Shown here: piece after piece, positions 57,689 through 64,000 of the stretch
Position numbering within the stretch: position 1 is the stretch's first letter
Layout of the letters: each line of letters opens with the position of its first letter
Source: Candidatus Parcubacteria bacterium
Lineage (GTDB): Bacteria; Patescibacteriota; Minisyncoccia; Phycocordibacterales; UBA5272
NCBI GenBank assembly: GCA_039796775.1
Contig: JBDKJD010000001.1
Span: forward strand, 5,874-69,873
Length of the DNA: 64,000 nt
Direction of reading: 5' to 3'
Translations under genes and position numbers: made by a program
Notes under the pieces: model-generated
What the model was told of the DNA's origin: nothing
Databases searched by the model: none
What the model saw: the letters and a program-made list of their open reading frames with translations, nothing else

Positions 57689-58069
57689 TTAGGTCTTCTC
57701 AACCTTACGACGACCGCTTCCCATCGTTACACGCTTGTTACCACGTACTGTTCTACTGTTGGTCTTAGTTCTTTGTCCACGAGCAGGGAGACGCTTCGTG
57801 TGTCTTGTTCCGCGATAGCTCTTAATGTCTTTTAGGCGCTTAATTGATTGTTGTGTCTCTCTACGGAGGTCACCTTCTGTCTTAAACATTTCGATTTCGC
57901 GTCGGATGAGATTTTCTTGATCAGCAGTAAGATCTGTAGTTCTTAATCCCCAGTCCAAACCAAGCTTGTCGAGAATAAACTTAGCTCTAGCGCGACCAAT
58001 ACCATACACAGCAGTGAGAGATATTTCGAGACGTTTATTTTCTGGGAGTGTAATACCTGAGATACGCAT
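57689..58069 (-). CDS. rpsM: 30S ribosomal protein S13.
   Basis: The N terminus MRISGITLPENKRLEISLTAVYGIGRARA matches S13. Confidence 0.9.
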   Translation of the reverse strand: MRISGITLPENKRLEISLTAVYGIGRARAKFILDKLGLDWGLRTTDLTADQENLIRREIEMFKTEGDLRRETQQSIKRLKDIKSYRGTRHTKRLPARGQRTKTNSRTVRGNKRVTMGSGRRKVEKT

Positions 58070-58101
58070 AGGTCGTAAAAAATAATAAATAAATGATTAA
58101 A

Positions 58102-58215
58102 CTATCCTTGAGCTTGTTTGTGCTTAGGATTCTTGCAAATAACACGAAGCACGCCACCTCGTTTAAGCATTTTGCAATCTGCGCAAATTTTTTTAATTGA
58201 TGATCGTACTTTCAT
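58102..58215 (-). pseudogene. rpmJ: 50S ribosomal protein L36 gene with an apparent +1 insertion in its 3' half.
   Basis: [25 protein letters not shown] is read, then the frame is lost (YLQES*). Deleting one T from the gtttat stretch restores ..[13 protein letters not shown]. Confidence 0.6.
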
Positions 58216-58379
58216 GAAAAATAATGCGTATAATTATACTATAATCTAATAAATAATGCAACTACAGTCTGATTTTTGGTTCTTGGTTCTTAATTCTTGA
58301 GACAAACTTTTTGTAGGCATATAGCTTGATTTTGATTTGTGCTCTAACTAAAACTTGAAACTGTATGCACCGAGCTCAA

Positions 58380-58610
58380 CTACAATCTCTTGATAATTCT
58401 CCCCTTTCCACCATAAGGATCAACCTGTATCGACACCTTATCTCCAACTAACACTTTGATTTTATTAACACGCATCTTCCCTCCCAAATAAGAGATAATA
58501 GTTCCTTCTTTGGTTTCTACTCTAAAGAGAGTACTTGGCAGGGCTTCTACGACACGTCCTTCTATTATTTCTATGTCATCTAGACTTTCTTCGTTGTTTT
58601 GATTACTCAT
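58380..58610 (-). CDS. infA: Translation initiation factor IF-1.
   Basis: ..EGRVVEALPSTLFRVETKEGTIISYLGGKMRVNKIKVLVGDKVSIQVDPY.. matches IF-1. The start is at the internal ATG, MSNQNNEES. Confidence 0.85.
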   Translation of the reverse strand: MSNQNNEESLDDIEIIEGRVVEALPSTLFRVETKEGTIISYLGGKMRVNKIKVLVGDKVSIQVDPYGGKGRIIKRL

Positions 58611-58790
58611 ATGGTTATGAAAGAATAAGTATAACAAAAAAATGGTGAAATTAAAAACTGTAACTCTTAACAATGACTTACTCTTAGAGAGGAGCAGTAA
58701 AGAAATCCTATCTACGTATTAATACTTTACTTTTTAATACAAAACTAATGATAAATACTCAGAGGGTTGCAATCTTCTTATCTAAAACAT

Positions 58791-60191
58791 CTATTTGTTC
58801 AAAAGTTTTTCTTTTATGGTTATTTTATCGCGAGTACTAGGGAATGAAGAGACCCATAAGGGAGAAAAGTCTATCTCTGCGCTATCAACCGCTTTAAAGT
58901 TTTTCATGATTGTCTTGAAATCATTAGTACTCTTACCTAAAATAGAATTGATAATAAGGTCCTCGTCTAATCTCCAAACTACTTGTGGCTTGCCTTCAAT
59001 GAGGATTGGGAGCGATGTGGCATTCAGGAGAGAATTACTCTCTCTTCTTGTAAAATCAAGTGTTTCAACTTGGCGCAAAGTAACATTGTCATTATCATAG
59101 TCAGGTAATGTCTGAGCAAAAATTTTGGCAAGTGATGTTGTCTCAGCGAACATAATATATCCTGTTACTGTGATTGTGTAGACCTCACCCCCTTCTTTGG
59201 TTAACGTTTCCTGATTGTCAGAGAAGACAATTTGAATAGTGTCATCCATACGTATATATCCATCTTTTGAGAGTGTAACTAACTCTTTTTTTATATCGCG
59301 TTCCAATTCTATTGAAAGAGAATCTTTAGCTGCGTTGATGTCTGGGAGAGAGACTATTGATTTATTCCCTGAGGAGCCGCCTTTGATTGGGGAAGATACT
59401 GTCGCATAAAAACCCTCGAATCTGTCTGATCCTTTGAAACCAGGTACTGAGAGTCTGCCTTCTGTGAGGTTAAATGAAGGACCTGAACTTTCTGCTGTAA
59501 CTGTTACTTCTATTTGTCCTGGTGTACCTGATTGTTTACCAGGGACAACTACTGATTCTCCTATACGATAGATGAGGCCATTAGGAGATTCGAATCGTGT
59601 GTTTTTAATAAGACGTTGAGGATTCTCGTCATAATTATTGTATATAGTTATTTTTCCTGAGGCTTTTGTTTCTACCTTTTTTGATTCAGAAAGTGTGAGT
59701 GTCTTTGAACGTGATAAAGTTCTTGATTCAGTTGTGAAAGAAACAGTATCTTTGGTGCTAGCATCTTTAGTAAAAGTGACGACTTTGCTAAAAGCTTCTA
59801 TGTCTTTGTTCTTTGGAGTGATTAAAAGAGTTGCTGAATTAAAAATATATGTGTATGCAAAGAGAAAAGCTATAACAACAAGAGGGATGCCTGTTGAAAA
59901 AATAATTTTAGATAACTTCCTCTTACCACCGCCACGACTTGGTGATAGTTTTTTTCGAGAAATGTTCTTGTTGTCAAAGAATGAACTGCTTGATGAAGGA
60001 CTTTGCCAATCATCTTCATAATCGTTAGATTCTCTTGTGTCTCTTGACGAGAGAGACTTTACGCCTCGCACTGGGATACGAACAGAAGTATCGTCTTCCT
60101 CGAAACGAGACCCAGATTGAAAACGCTCCAGCCTTGTCTGTAAATCTTCGCTAGACCTTGAACGAGTGTATGGTTTGCGAATGTCTTGCAT
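58791..60191 (-). CDS. Hypothetical 466-aa single-pass membrane protein.
   Basis: A charged Ser-rich N terminus, one transmembrane segment (IIFSTGIPLVVIAFLFAYTYIF) and a large extracytoplasmic domain are present. It sits where secY-adk-map would normally precede infA. Confidence 0.55.
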   Translation of the reverse strand: MQDIRKPYTRSRSSEDLQTRLERFQSGSRFEEDDTSVRIPVRGVKSLSSRDTRESNDYEDDWQSPSSSSSFFDNKNISRKKLSPSRGGGKRKLSKIIFSTGIPLVVIAFLFAYTYIFNSATLLITPKNKDIEAFSKVVTFTKDASTKDTVSFTTESRTLSRSKTLTLSESKKVETKASGKITIYNNYDENPQRLIKNTRFESPNGLIYRIGESVVVPGKQSGTPGQIEVTVTAESSGPSFNLTEGRLSVPGFKGSDRFEGFYATVSSPIKGGSSGNKSIVSLPDINAAKDSLSIELERDIKKELVTLSKDGYIRMDDTIQIVFSDNQETLTKEGGEVYTITVTGYIMFAETTSLAKIFAQTLPDYDNDNVTLRQVETLDFTRRESNSLLNATSLPILIEGKPQVVWRLDEDLIINSILGKSTNDFKTIMKNFKAVDSAEIDFSPLWVSSFPSTRDKITIKEKLLNK

Positions 60192-60540
60192 ACGATAGAG
60201 ATGTGTCTTTTACTTTTTCTAGTGTAACACTTACCTTCGCTCCACGGGTAAAGAACTGTGTATAAGATGTTCCTTCTATAACTTCTCCTATCCACATGGA
60301 ATGTCTCTTGGAAAGTAATCTAACATCTGTTGGTACTCTATCGTGTAAAGAAATGAATTCAAGTGTATAGAGAATCCCATCGATAAACTTTGAAGCAGCG
60401 ACTTGATTCATTCCTTCTGCTTCAATGTTTTTGTATCCGAATGGGTGCACGTGTGAGACAATGATATGACCGTCGACAACATAATTAATGAGCGTCGACT
60501 CATCAGCCACAGCTACGGAAAGGTATGAGGGTGAATCCAT
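60151..60540 (-). CDS. Hypothetical protein of 129 aa.
   Basis: The ORF overlaps the downstream gene by 41 nt. No family is recognised. Confidence 0.4.
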   Translation of the reverse strand: MDSPSYLSVAVADESTLINYVVDGHIIVSHVHPFGYKNIEAEGMNQVAASKFIDGILYTLEFISLHDRVPTDVRLLSKRHSMWIGEVIEGTSYTQFFTRGAKVSVTLEKVKDTSLSYARHSQTIHSFKV

Positions 60541-60599
60541 GCTCTATAGTTTATAGTTAACGGTTAATACTTGCTAGTGGATGAATTAAAAAACTAATG

Positions 60600-60935
60600 T
60601 TAATCAAAAAACGCAACACCGAAACTAAGGACATATCTTTTTGTGGAATGATTAACCACACTGTGGGTACTGATATCTGGGCGAAATAAATATATTTTTT
60701 TAAAAACAGAAAATATAATCTTTTCTGAGATAAAATCACCTCTACCGTAGATTTCAATATTTAAACGATAATGCTTCCCATCTATCGTGTCTCTATGTGG
60801 AGGTAACGTTGTATTTGGTTCATAGCGGAGAATGTATCCATCTAATCCGAGGTGCCCAATTTTACAAAAAAGAAAACAAAATTTTTTGTATTCTGTTCCC
60901 TGTTGTCTGCCTTCTAACCAAGAAAAAAGTTTCAT
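60600..60935 (-). CDS. Hypothetical protein of 111 aa. The PPHRDTIDGKHYRLNIE stretch is vaguely cupin or double-stranded beta-helix-like.
   Basis: ORF only. A weak HxD...H pattern is present. Confidence 0.4.
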   Translation of the reverse strand: MKLFSWLEGRQQGTEYKKFCFLFCKIGHLGLDGYILRYEPNTTLPPHRDTIDGKHYRLNIEIYGRGDFISEKIIFSVFKKIYLFRPDISTHSVVNHSTKRYVLSFGVAFFD

Positions 60936-60941
60936 GCGAGA

Positions 60942-62840
60942 TTATTCAAGAACAGCTTTTATTCTTCTGACCCCTGCGGACACCGCTTCTTCTTTTTGAA
61001 TTTTGAATTTTCCGAGCGTACCTGTGGAATTCACATGAGGGCCACCACAGAATTCCATTGAGAAGAGCTTCGCTTCACCGCGCTTTCCGATCTCGCTCCC
61101 TATTGTATAGATAGACACCTTCTCTGTGTACTTATTATCGAACACTCCGATTGCACCACGCGCTCGCGCTTCATCATAGCTCACTTCTTCACGATGAACT
61201 GGGAGGTCTTCTGCGATAACATCATTCACAATCTTTTCTACCTCTGCCTTCTGTTCATCTGTCATTTTCTCACCATGAGAAAAGTCGAATCGTAATCGCT
61301 CAGCTGTGATGTTAGATCCTTTCTGTAGAACATGGTCACCGAGTACCTGACGGAGCGCTTCGTGGAGTAAGTGTGTCGCGGTATGGAACTTCACTTCCAT
61401 TTCACCGTCTCCACCGAGACCTCCTTTGAACTTCCCAGCGGATGCTGTACGAGATTCTTCTGAGTGTTTTCTCTTTTCTTCATCAAATGCTGCTCTATCA
61501 ACTGTGATCCCTCGCTCAAGAGCAAGCTCTTCGGTGAGTTCGATCGGGAAGCCGTATGACTGAAGTAGGTCAAAAGCGTCTACGCCCGAGATATTCTTAC
61601 TAGCCACTTTTTCAAACCGCTTTATCCCATTCTCAAGCGTCTTCCTAAACTTACTCTCTTCTTTATCAAGCTCGTTTAGAATCATCTCTCGCTTCTCTTC
61701 TAAGTTCTTGTACTCATCTTTATACACATCAACAAACGCCGCACCGATTTCTTTTGTAAAATTTTCCATCACACCTAGATTACGAGCGAAGCGCACAGCA
61801 CGGCGAATAAGGCGACGGACGAAATACATCTGGTCCTTGTTTCCAGGTAACACATCGTCCCCGATTAAAAATGTAGCTGAGCGTATATGATCGAGAACTA
61901 CACGATATGCATAGACACTCACTTCATCTTCACCATACACTTTACCTGACAACCTTTTGATCGTATCTTTTGGTATATCAAATACATCAACATTAAATAC
62001 ATCTGGGTCGTTGCGGAGTGCTGCAGCATATCGCTCTAGTCCAGAACCGTGATCCACATTCATCTGTGGAAGCTCTTCGAAGTTCCCTCCAACTTTCTTG
62101 TACTGCATGAAGACATTGTTCCCAATTTCGAGGAATCGTCCACAGTCACAGTTCACATGACATGGTTCAGCCGACCACTTACTATTCTCATGTATCTTCT
62201 TAGAGCCATCTGGATCAAAGTCATAGAACATCTCAGAATCTGGTCCACCAGGCTCACCTTCTCCCATATTCGCAGGCACCCCCATACGTGACCACCAGTT
62301 CTTCTTTTCAGAATAATAAAATATCTTTTCACCCTCTTTCATTCCCATTTCTGGAGTATCAGAAATAAGCGCTGTAATCCCCTTTTCTTTAAAGAGCTTC
62401 TGCCACAGCTCTGCTGAGAAGATATCCCGTGGAACACCAAGCGTGTCATTGCCAAAGAAACATGTTACATAAAAATTCTTCGGGTCAAGTCCAAGCTCAT
62501 CAATAAGAAACGTCCACATCCAAGTAATTTCTTCCTCTTTAAAATAATCTCCGAATGACCAGTTACCAAGCATCTCAAAAAACGTAGTGTGGCGGTTGTC
62601 CCCCACTTCTTCGATATCTTGTGATCGGAATGACTTTTGTGAGTCTGCTATACGCTTCCCAAGTGGATGTGGTTGCCCTAAGAGATATGGAAGCATTGGT
62701 TGCATACCAGAACCGGTAAAGAGTGTTGTAGGGTCATTCTCAGGTACAAGAGAAGCTGACGGGACAACGGCGTGCCCTTTCTTTTTCATGTAGGAAAGAA
62801 ACTTAGATCTAATTTGATTAACAGTGAGAAATTGTAACAT
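60942..62840 (-). CDS. alaS: Alanyl-tRNA synthetase, short form (catalytic, tRNA-recognition and editing domains; no C-Ala domain).
   Basis: The N terminus is ..FTGSGMQPMLPYLLGQ..FEMLGNWSFGDYFK. The editing domain motif HTATHLLHEALRQVLGDHV and CGGPHV are present. Confidence 0.9.
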   Translation of the reverse strand: MLQFLTVNQIRSKFLSYMKKKGHAVVPSASLVPENDPTTLFTGSGMQPMLPYLLGQPHPLGKRIADSQKSFRSQDIEEVGDNRHTTFFEMLGNWSFGDYFKEEEITWMWTFLIDELGLDPKNFYVTCFFGNDTLGVPRDIFSAELWQKLFKEKGITALISDTPEMGMKEGEKIFYYSEKKNWWSRMGVPANMGEGEPGGPDSEMFYDFDPDGSKKIHENSKWSAEPCHVNCDCGRFLEIGNNVFMQYKKVGGNFEELPQMNVDHGSGLERYAAALRNDPDVFNVDVFDIPKDTIKRLSGKVYGEDEVSVYAYRVVLDHIRSATFLIGDDVLPGNKDQMYFVRRLIRRAVRFARNLGVMENFTKEIGAAFVDVYKDEYKNLEEKREMILNELDKEESKFRKTLENGIKRFEKVASKNISGVDAFDLLQSYGFPIELTEELALERGITVDRAAFDEEKRKHSEESRTASAGKFKGGLGGDGEMEVKFHTATHLLHEALRQVLGDHVLQKGSNITAERLRFDFSHGEKMTDEQKAEVEKIVNDVIAEDLPVHREEVSYDEARARGAIGVFDNKYTEKVSIYTIGSEIGKRGEAKLFSMEFCGGPHVNSTGTLGKFKIQKEEAVSAGVRRIKAVLE

Positions 62841-62846
62841 TTCTCG

Positions 62847-62855
62847 ATTATACCA
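62847..62855 (-). promoter_or_regulatory. Extended -10 (TGgTATAAT) 6 nt upstream of the alaS ATG, implying a leaderless alaS transcript.
   Basis: The minus strand reads tttttggtataatcgagaaATG. Confidence 0.35.
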
Positions 62856-62900
62856 AAAATAAAAGTAACACTCTACTGCTCATAATTTTCTAAAAGAGTG

Positions 62901-62925
62901 AAGCCGCGTTTGTTAGACGCGGCTT
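62901..62925. terminator. Hairpin aagccgcg-N9-cgcggctt.
   Basis: Read on the minus strand, it is followed by a weak T tract (cactctttta). It lies downstream of the minus-strand ORF 62958-63272 and upstream of the alaS promoter. Confidence 0.35.
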
Positions 62926-62957
62926 GTCCATTTTAGTTGAAATGAATATTAACTGAC

Positions 62958-63272
62958 TCACCGTCTTGTAACGACATGAAAAACGAACTTAGCTTTAGTG
63001 AAAGAGAGATCCTTCACCTCAAAAGTCGGCGAGGTCGCCGTGTCTTCAAGCTTCGGAGAATGATGAAATTCGCTCTTGAGTCTGATGAGTACAAGCTCAC
63101 GAAGGAGATCCTCATTCGAATGCTCATCCGCCTCCAAGATGAAGGTGATCAAATGTTCCGAGACGCCTGGGAGGGTCTCGATTTTCATGTCGTCTTGTTC
63201 ATACTGGACCAGCTCTCGATTTCTAAGGGCGATAACCGCGTTGACGACAAACCAATTTGTACGACTTCCCAT
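62958..63272 (-). CDS. Hypothetical protein of 104 aa. The strand is ambiguous: a perfectly antisense 108-aa ORF on the plus strand (62976-63302) is the alternative.
   Basis: The minus frame has GGAAGGA 5 nt before its ATG and a hairpin downstream. The plus frame has no Shine-Dalgarno sequence but is followed by the bidirectional terminator at 63345-63377. Confidence 0.35.
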   Translation of the reverse strand: MGSRTNWFVVNAVIALRNRELVQYEQDDMKIETLPGVSEHLITFILEADEHSNEDLLRELVLIRLKSEFHHSPKLEDTATSPTFEVKDLSFTKAKFVFHVVTRR

Positions 63273-63344
63273 GACAATCCTTCCATTCCACGACCTACGT
63301 GAACCTGAAACAAACTCTATACTTTTTTATTATTATTTGCAAAA

Positions 63345-63377
63345 TAAAAACACTGGGGCCTGCTCCAGTGTTTTTAT
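63345..63377. terminator. Bidirectional rho-independent terminator.
   Basis: aaaaacactgg-ggcctgct-ccagtgttttta has A and T runs on both sides. Confidence 0.6.
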
Positions 63378-63442
63378 AAAGATAGATTGTTTGGGTCGTT
63401 TTTTGTCTATATGTTGTCTTGTCTGCAATGTCTAGATGAAGT

Positions 63443-63613
63443 CTAAAAACCGAATCCGCCCATCATTCCCTTCATGCCATGACCTCCGTGCTTGCCCTCC
63501 TTTTTGTTTGTAGACTTAGTCTGCATAGTAGCTAAGCGCTTATCAGCCTGAGCTTGGGTAATGACACCCTTGGTTACCAGATTCTGCTTCAATCTACTAC
63601 GGTAAAGTAACAT
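63443..63613 (-). CDS. Small hypothetical protein of 56 aa (MLLYRSRLKQNLVTKGVITQAQADKRLATMQTKSTNKKEGKHGGHGMKGMMGGFGF).
   Basis: The start is taken at the internal ATG downstream of a terminator. The basic N terminus is followed by a Gly/Met-rich C terminus. Confidence 0.4.
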   Translation of the reverse strand: MLLYRSRLKQNLVTKGVITQAQADKRLATMQTKSTNKKEGKHGGHGMKGMMGGFGF

Positions 63614-63630
63614 TGTAAACAAATACAGGT

Positions 63631-63676
63631 CGCAAAAAAAAGAAAAGAGGCGGGTCACACAGTGCAACACCGCCTC
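63631..63676 (-). terminator. Rho-independent terminator on the minus strand.
   Basis: gaggcggtgttgcactgtgtgacccgcctc is followed by ttttctttttttttgcg on the minus strand. Confidence 0.55.
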
Positions 63677-63869
63677 AACCAACAATCTTTAAGGCAACTG
63701 CGATAGTTGGATCTATATTATAAACAAAATTAATACTCCTGTCAAGCGATTGTGCTCGCACATTTCATTATATAAGTAGTCATGACGGTAAAGCATATGC
63801 TATTATTTTAAGCAGAATTGTTTTTGCAATCTTGTTTATTACATAGTTGACGAATAGTCACATGGTCAA

Positions 63870-64000
63870 GCTCGATAGGTGACGGTTCGGGCGATATCAG
63901 CGTGGACACCATTCGCTTCGCTAAGAGCGACAAACGCCCGTCAGCGATCAAGGCGAAAGCTCCGGGTCATGTTGTCAACGAACAGCTCGTCAAGCAAGCG
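63870..64000 (+). ncRNA. Candidate structured RNA, cut by the window end. It may be the 5' part of RNase P RNA; this is speculative.
   Basis: GC content rises abruptly and there is no convincing ORF. A helix CGGGCG (63885-90) / CGCCCG (63930-35) is possible. GGCGAAAGCUCCGGG resembles the P4 strand GGAAAGUCCGGGC. ACGGTTCGGGCGATATCAGCG resembles the 5' region of Bacillus-type RNase P RNA (ACGUUCGGGUAAUCGCUG, as I recall it). Confidence 0.25.

Noticed and set aside
63076-63435. 119-aa plus-strand ORF overlapping the 62958-63302 pair in another frame.
   Set aside because: It runs through the bidirectional terminator. Its Ser/Arg-rich translation is not protein-like.
63870-64000. tmRNA (ssrA) at the window end.
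   Set aside because: It lacks the near-universal 5' GGGG acceptor strand and the GGAUUCGAC-type D-loop analogue. The tag-like frame ..VNEQLVKQA is suggestive but the sequence is cut, so an RNase P-like assignment was preferred, still at low confidence.
1-64000. CRISPR arrays, rRNA genes and additional tRNAs.
   Set aside because: There are no regularly spaced direct repeats with unique spacers. No rRNA-like conserved stretches were seen. Only one tRNA-like cloverleaf (tRNA-Asn) was recognised by manual scanning of the intergenic regions.

Overview
The window is low-GC (roughly mid-30s % by eye), densely packed bacterial chromosome, almost all on the minus strand, with very short intergenic spacers and few Shine-Dalgarno sequences. 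Gene content and arrangement suggest a reduced-genome bacterium, possibly Patescibacteria/CPR; that is an inference, not something the sequence proves.

The core content is housekeeping. It includes def-fmt, a priA-like gene, mreB, frr, rseP, proS, gltX, the murG-ftsW-mraY cell-wall genes, scpA/scpB, aspS, trpS, grpE-dnaK-dnaJ, the ribosomal block infA-rpmJ-rpsM-rpsK-rpsD-rpoA-rplQ-rplM-rpsI, and alaS. There is also a MarR-type regulator upstream of an RND efflux pump with its membrane-fusion partner, two ABC systems, an ABC-F ATPase and a hibernation factor.

Accessory or unusual content:
- A decayed IS200-family element at about 0.5-1.2 kb, with a truncated tnpA.
- A ~36-nt element repeated upstream of two promoters, at 330-363 and 2218-2252.
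- An integrated element of roughly 6.3 kb (about 15.2-21.5 kb) next to an intact tRNA-Asn(GTT). It carries a large serine recombinase, a phiX/RCR-type HUH replication initiator preceded by a GC-rich hairpin cluster that looks like an origin, and two proteins with DUF4145-like and DUF559 domains.
- Two tandem paralogous 33-36 aa hydrophobic peptides (MITFTLP...) inside an otherwise ORF-free AT-rich ~1.4 kb spacer at 32.8-34.2 kb.
- A GC-rich tandem-repeat gene at 45.8-46.0 kb whose coding strand is ambiguous.
- A GC-rich secreted-protein gene that looks horizontally acquired (29.6-30.2 kb).
- Three homopolymer-associated frameshifts: rpmJ, a split gene at 49.8-50.3 kb, and a small ORF at 15.0 kb.
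- A GC-rich, ORF-poor segment at the 3' window edge that may be the 5' part of a structured RNA.

No CRISPR arrays, rRNA genes or T-box leaders were seen.
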